DNA of 64,000 nt. Source: Deltaproteobacteria bacterium RIFCSPHIGHO2_02_FULL_40_28. Its GTDB lineage: Bacteria; UBA10199; 2-12-FULL-40-28. Both the position numbers and the translations under genes were made by a program. The stretch is from assembly GCA_001798135.1 (NCBI GenBank), contig MGRJ01000030.1, forward strand, positions 321-64,320. Direction: 5' to 3'. Below the pieces are notes generated by a model. It was given only the letters and a program-made list of their open reading frames with translations, ran no database searches and was not told the origin of the DNA. Below, in pieces: positions 60,289-64,000 of this stretch (position 1 is the stretch's first letter; each line of letters begins with the position of its first letter).

Positions 60289-61539
60289 TTAAGAAGGTAA
60301 ACTATAAATAATTTTTTCATAAAGCCCTATATATTGAACAAACAAAGGAAAAAGAGATTTGGCACCAGAGTCATCCCTTTCGTCCCATGGCACATCAACT
60401 AGATCATGCCAAACACTATTTGTTAAATTTGTAGAAATGGGGATGGAAATATCTGCTAATTGACTTTTCTGTTCATCACGATTTAAAGTTTTTAACCGTC
60501 TATAAATATATTCCTCAACTCCTGCAGGATTAGTATCTTTTCTCAATAATGCTGAACAATCAGCTGTTAAGTACCATTGCTGGTTACCCTCATAATCAAA
60601 ATATTCCATTTTAATTTTCCAATTACTATCAACATGAGTAACAAGGTAAGATTGTTGCTTAGGAAATGTAATAATAGATTTATAATCAGATACTCCAGCT
60701 ACACCATATACTGGCAAAAGTTGTGAATTATCTCTAATACCAAGAAAATAGTCATCCCCACCTCGAATAGCCTTAAAACCAAATTCTGCCCTTAAATTAC
60801 TAATAGCATCGAGCAAAGCAGTAGAATTGCTCAATCTACTATCTAAAACCCATTCTTCTGTATCACTATGCAACTGCGCTAAATAAGTAGTTACATCTAC
60901 TTCTTCTAATCGAGCAGTTTCCTCAAGTGTTGGAAAATGAAATCCACATTTTGCAACAAGAAGCTGTTTATAAAATTTTTCATAATCAAATACTTGTTCT
61001 TTAACAGGATCACTCCAAGGCCAAGCACCAGGAACTTCAACAGTCTTCATATAATTAGCCTTGTTCATAAAAGATTCTTTCTGAAAATCAAAAAAGAATG
61101 CGCCTCCAGCTAATAAGGACAAATCACACACATCTACTTCATTCTCACGCCCTCCTTTTTTTGCTAAATCTATAAATTCATATCTATACTCACCTGGAAT
61201 ATTTGGATCATCCAAACGGAAAAAAAGAGAAAATGAATCACAGGATACACCAGACTCAGCAGATAACCTGGCCGTAATTTCATTACGGGCATCTCTAGGT
61301 TTTGCACCAATAAAACTTATCAGGTTTTTTTGATCATCTGCGGAAAATTCATCAAGATTATCATCTGAGCTAAGCACCCCATGAGTATTAACACCTTCAC
61401 AAATTTGGGTAGCCCCTTCGTGACCAAAGGTATCTAAATTATATTTTTCTTCGATCAAAAGAGCATCTGCATCATTAAGCTTACCGTCGCTTTGGTAGAG
61501 CTGAACAACTGTTCCGGCAAGCGCATTAAAATCGACCAT
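60289..61539 (-). CDS. Hypothetical protein
   Basis: 416-aa acidic ORF with GGAGG RBS; no recognised domain. Confidence 0.7.
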   Translation of the reverse strand: MVDFNALAGTVVQLYQSDGKLNDADALLIEEKYNLDTFGHEGATQICEGVNTHGVLSSDDNLDEFSADDQKNLISFIGAKPRDARNEITARLSAESGVSCDSFSLFFRLDDPNIPGEYRYEFIDLAKKGGRENEVDVCDLSLLAGGAFFFDFQKESFMNKANYMKTVEVPGAWPWSDPVKEQVFDYEKFYKQLLVAKCGFHFPTLEETARLEEVDVTTYLAQLHSDTEEWVLDSRLSNSTALLDAISNLRAEFGFKAIRGGDDYFLGIRDNSQLLPVYGVAGVSDYKSIITFPKQQSYLVTHVDSNWKIKMEYFDYEGNQQWYLTADCSALLRKDTNPAGVEEYIYRRLKTLNRDEQKSQLADISIPISTNLTNSVWHDLVDVPWDERDDSGAKSLFPLFVQYIGLYEKIIYSLPS

Positions 61540-61714
61540 AAAAACCTCCCATGATTATTTAATGAAACACGATAGAATTGACATTGCCCCTTTTGAACTT
61601 AGAGCCGAGTGGCAATAAGAGGTATACTTCTTATACAAGTAGTAAATCAAGGAAAATTAAAAAAAGAAAATGACGCGGTGGGTAAAGATTAAACAGGGTT
61701 TTTAAAAGCCCAGA

Positions 61715-63142
61715 CTATAATACTTGTGATAATTCTGTAATAGCTCTTTCAACACTCTTTCGTGTTAACTCAGTAGAACTTTCTTTAAGATTCTTGCCCT
61801 CATCAACAAAGGGAAAATTCGGAATATGTGCTACTGTATGAGCATGCCATGTAAGCTTATAAACAGGAGGATCATAACTTGCACCATTTGCAGCCTTCTG
61901 CTCTTCTAACTTCCAAGATCCTTCATTCTTTGTAAAACTATTTTGTCCTCCAGATATATTCCCCCATGAAACTAGAACTGTGCCAGGAGAAGGGTCTGAT
62001 CTACGTCCTTGAATTCTGTAATAAACTGTTCCAACATCAACACCCTTAAATTCCCCTCTGACACTATATGTGAGAATATCCCCACTTAGCTTCGAATCAC
62101 TATTACCATTACCACTAGCAATAATTCTATCAAAAGCTGGTTTATTCTGACCTAATAATATTTTTACCGCTTCATTAATATTTCTAATTGTTACATACCC
62201 AACAATTGTTCGGTCAAAATCAAAAGTATTACCACCTAAATCATTAATAGTTGGTTCTGGATCCGAAGTGACTTTATTTAACCTTCCTGAAAATTGAGAA
62301 GCTGGTACTGGAGGTAAAGGCGCCACAGGCACTGCCCCTGGTACTTCAGGAGGAAGTACCACTCCTGGTACATCAGGTACTCTAGGAGGTACTGGTGTTC
62401 TCCCACCAGGGGGAACTGGTACTGCTCCGGGGACAGGAGTTACGCCTGGTGCTGGTGTTGCCCCTTCTACAGGCAGCGCTTCACCACCCGCTGGTGCTGC
62501 TCCTTCTACTGGCGCACCCTCTACTGGTTGCCCACCTTCTTCAACTGCGGTTTCTGCACCCTCAGTTGATTCTTCTGATTCTGTATCATCTGTAATTGTT
62601 CCTGGCGCAATGCTAAAACGAAGACCCGCCCCAAAAGCCGATCCACCAACAGAATGACCAATATTGTTATTAAAATAAATCGATGAAACTCCAATGCTTC
62701 GATAACCCGCACGCGCACGAAGGCCGGCTGTAAAATCAATCTTTTTTCCCTTCATCAAAAAATCTAAACCTAACTGCGCACCCGCTCCCACATAGGTGTT
62801 GGTGGTTACAAAGGGATCAGAAAGCCCACTCCCAAAAGGAGCCTGCCCACGCATAATGCCCATCTCGGCATAGGGCCCTAACGAAATGCCAATATTTTTT
62901 AAACGAAGTTCGGCACCTGCACTAACATCCAAACCATAGCGGTCCATCTGAGCATTTGTTTTTTGATCATCAATGTTTTTCCGGGTTTGTGAAACAACAG
63001 CAGCACCTTCTATGTAGAGCAAGCCATTATTAGCATGAAAGCCAAACGTTTCTTCGGTTCCTAAATACGCACCTTCGTTATCCTTTTTTGTTGTGAAAAT
63101 ATCAACGCCGCCACCAACATAGGGCGTAATTTTAATGGCCAT
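61715..63142 (-). CDS. Hypothetical protein: beta-strand-rich N-terminal domain, Pro/Ala/Val linker, C-terminal domain
   Basis: GGAGG RBS; alternating OMP-like strands; EGA(P/A) and PVP repeats. Confidence 0.7.
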   Translation of the reverse strand: MAIKITPYVGGGVDIFTTKKDNEGAYLGTEETFGFHANNGLLYIEGAAVVSQTRKNIDDQKTNAQMDRYGLDVSAGAELRLKNIGISLGPYAEMGIMRGQAPFGSGLSDPFVTTNTYVGAGAQLGLDFLMKGKKIDFTAGLRARAGYRSIGVSSIYFNNNIGHSVGGSAFGAGLRFSIAPGTITDDTESEESTEGAETAVEEGGQPVEGAPVEGAAPAGGEALPVEGATPAPGVTPVPGAVPVPPGGRTPVPPRVPDVPGVVLPPEVPGAVPVAPLPPVPASQFSGRLNKVTSDPEPTINDLGGNTFDFDRTIVGYVTIRNINEAVKILLGQNKPAFDRIIASGNGNSDSKLSGDILTYSVRGEFKGVDVGTVYYRIQGRRSDPSPGTVLVSWGNISGGQNSFTKNEGSWKLEEQKAANGASYDPPVYKLTWHAHTVAHIPNFPFVDEGKNLKESSTELTRKSVERAITELSQVL

Positions 63143-63320
63143 GTCATGCCTCCCGCTGCAACCTGAATGGGCTCAATTGAATGAAAACTCAAGTAAAACC
63201 AATCTTCAAATGCGGTATCGGCCTTCCCTTGAAAAAAGTTGTGAGGAATTTTTAAATTGAAGTAAAATTATATAACCTATTGATTTATATATGTTTTATT
63301 TGTAATTTGAAGGGGGTTGG

Positions 63321-63352
63321 CTATCCTCTTGGATGAGATTTTTCATGGGCCT
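63321..63352 (-). repeat. Displaced copy of the xerD 3' end (att-like)
   Basis: 29/32 nt identical to 63770..63801; encodes AHEKSHPRG* versus AHEKFHPRG*. Confidence 0.9.
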
Positions 63353-63724
63353 TTATTTTTTATTTTCTTCTTCGATCCTAACTTTCAAAAATTCTACATC
63401 CATCTTATCACTGGGACGAATTGTATCCTTCATGCGAATTAATAATTCTTTTTTAACAACAGGAATTGAAACTCCATCTAATGAAAAAAATTCGATGCTA
63501 TTTTTAGCTTCAGTATAATCAATGCCACAAGCCTTGAACTTCTGGCGCGCGTGAATAGCGGCCATCTGTTGAATCATCCATTGATGAGCCTCTTTCATAG
63601 TTTTAAATCGATAAACCCCTTTAGGAATAAGAGCCCTTCCCTGAATTTGAGACATTGTTTTTTGTAAAATTCTGGCATCGTTGAGAAAATTCTCTCTTCC
63701 ATGGCGACTCGTAATAAGCTTCAT
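63353..63724 (-). pseudogene. Probable in-frame deletion fusion of a small antitoxin-like ORF and an NTase C-terminus
   Basis: ..PKGVYRFKTMKEAHQWM..IHAR fused to ..KACGIDYTEAK..DGVSIPVV..LLIRMKDTIRPSDKMD; no GG/DxD catalytic N-lobe. Confidence 0.55.
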
Positions 63725-63732
63725 AATAATAA

Positions 63733-63761
63733 ATTATAAGACTCAAAAAGTGATAAGTCAA
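63733..63761 (-). promoter_or_regulatory. sigma70 promoter, near-leaderless
   Basis: TTGACT-17-TATAAT-8 nt-ATG. Confidence 0.7.
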
Positions 63762-63769
63762 TGAGGGTC

Positions 63770-64000
63770 CTATCCCCTCGGATGAAATTTTTCATGGGCC
63801 TCAATGAGGTGTTTTCTAGAAACATGGGTATAAATTTGGGTGGTGGAAATATCGGCATGCCCCAACATCACCTGAACCGATCGCAAATCGGCCCCACCTT
63901 CCAGCAAATGAGTTGCAAAAGAATGACGCAAACTATGCGGTGAAATATTTTGTTTAATACCGGCTTTCAAGGCATAAAATTTAATGCGCTTCCAAAAAGC
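63770..64000 (-). CDS. xerD: Tyrosine recombinase XerD, 3' part (runs off window)
   Basis: [51 protein letters not shown] is the XerD-type signature. Confidence 0.9.
   Translation of the reverse strand, partial: AFWKRIKFYALKAGIKQNISPHSLRHSFATHLLEGGADLRSVQVMLGHADISTTQIYTHVSRKHLIEAHEKFHPRG

Noticed and set aside
63770-64000. Terminal recombinase as an integron integrase (IntI)
   Set aside because: Visible motifs ([26 protein letters not shown]) match XerD rather than IntI; the N-terminus is outside the window.

Overview
AT-rich bacterial chromosomal window; gene content and order suggest a deltaproteobacterial-type (Myxococcota/Desulfobacterota-like) genome (inference, not verified). Housekeeping backbone: trehalose genes (GH15, otsB, membrane/sensor-fused otsA), recJ-secF-secD-yajC-tgt, alaS-recA, cinA, a sulfur-carrier cysteine/homocysteine cluster (cysK, thrC-like, NIL, cysM, JAB, ThiS/MoaD-like, USP, sat), gatB-mtnA-ilvE, pgpA, asd-leuB-leuA-pssA-psd-ilvN, tsaB-rseP-dxr-cdsA-uppS-frr-pyrH-tsf-rpsB and the 3' part of xerD. 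Three accessory patches (5.2-6.2 kb, 12.8-15.5 kb, 51.9-63.8 kb) are packed with small toxin-antitoxin-type, nucleotidyltransferase, Fic and AAA/DUF4143 modules. Main observations from reading the DNA: (i) accessory blocks sit behind duplicated 3' ends of housekeeping genes (xerD 29/32 nt, alaS 19/24 nt, possibly cinA 20/27 nt), with no integrase inside the blocks; (ii) nine co-oriented copies of a ~27-bp site with core GTGCC-T-GGCAC, found only at boundaries of TA/defence modules; (iii) six putative toxin genes carry deletions or an insertion while promoters and partner genes are kept; (iv) a 131-bp MITE with TIRs, 5-bp TSDs and an internal REP doublet, in two identical copies, both inside TA loci; (v) most modules have near-consensus sigma70 promoters with leaderless first genes and palindromic operators. 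No rRNA, tRNA or CRISPR array recognised. All alignments were done by eye; no database search was run.
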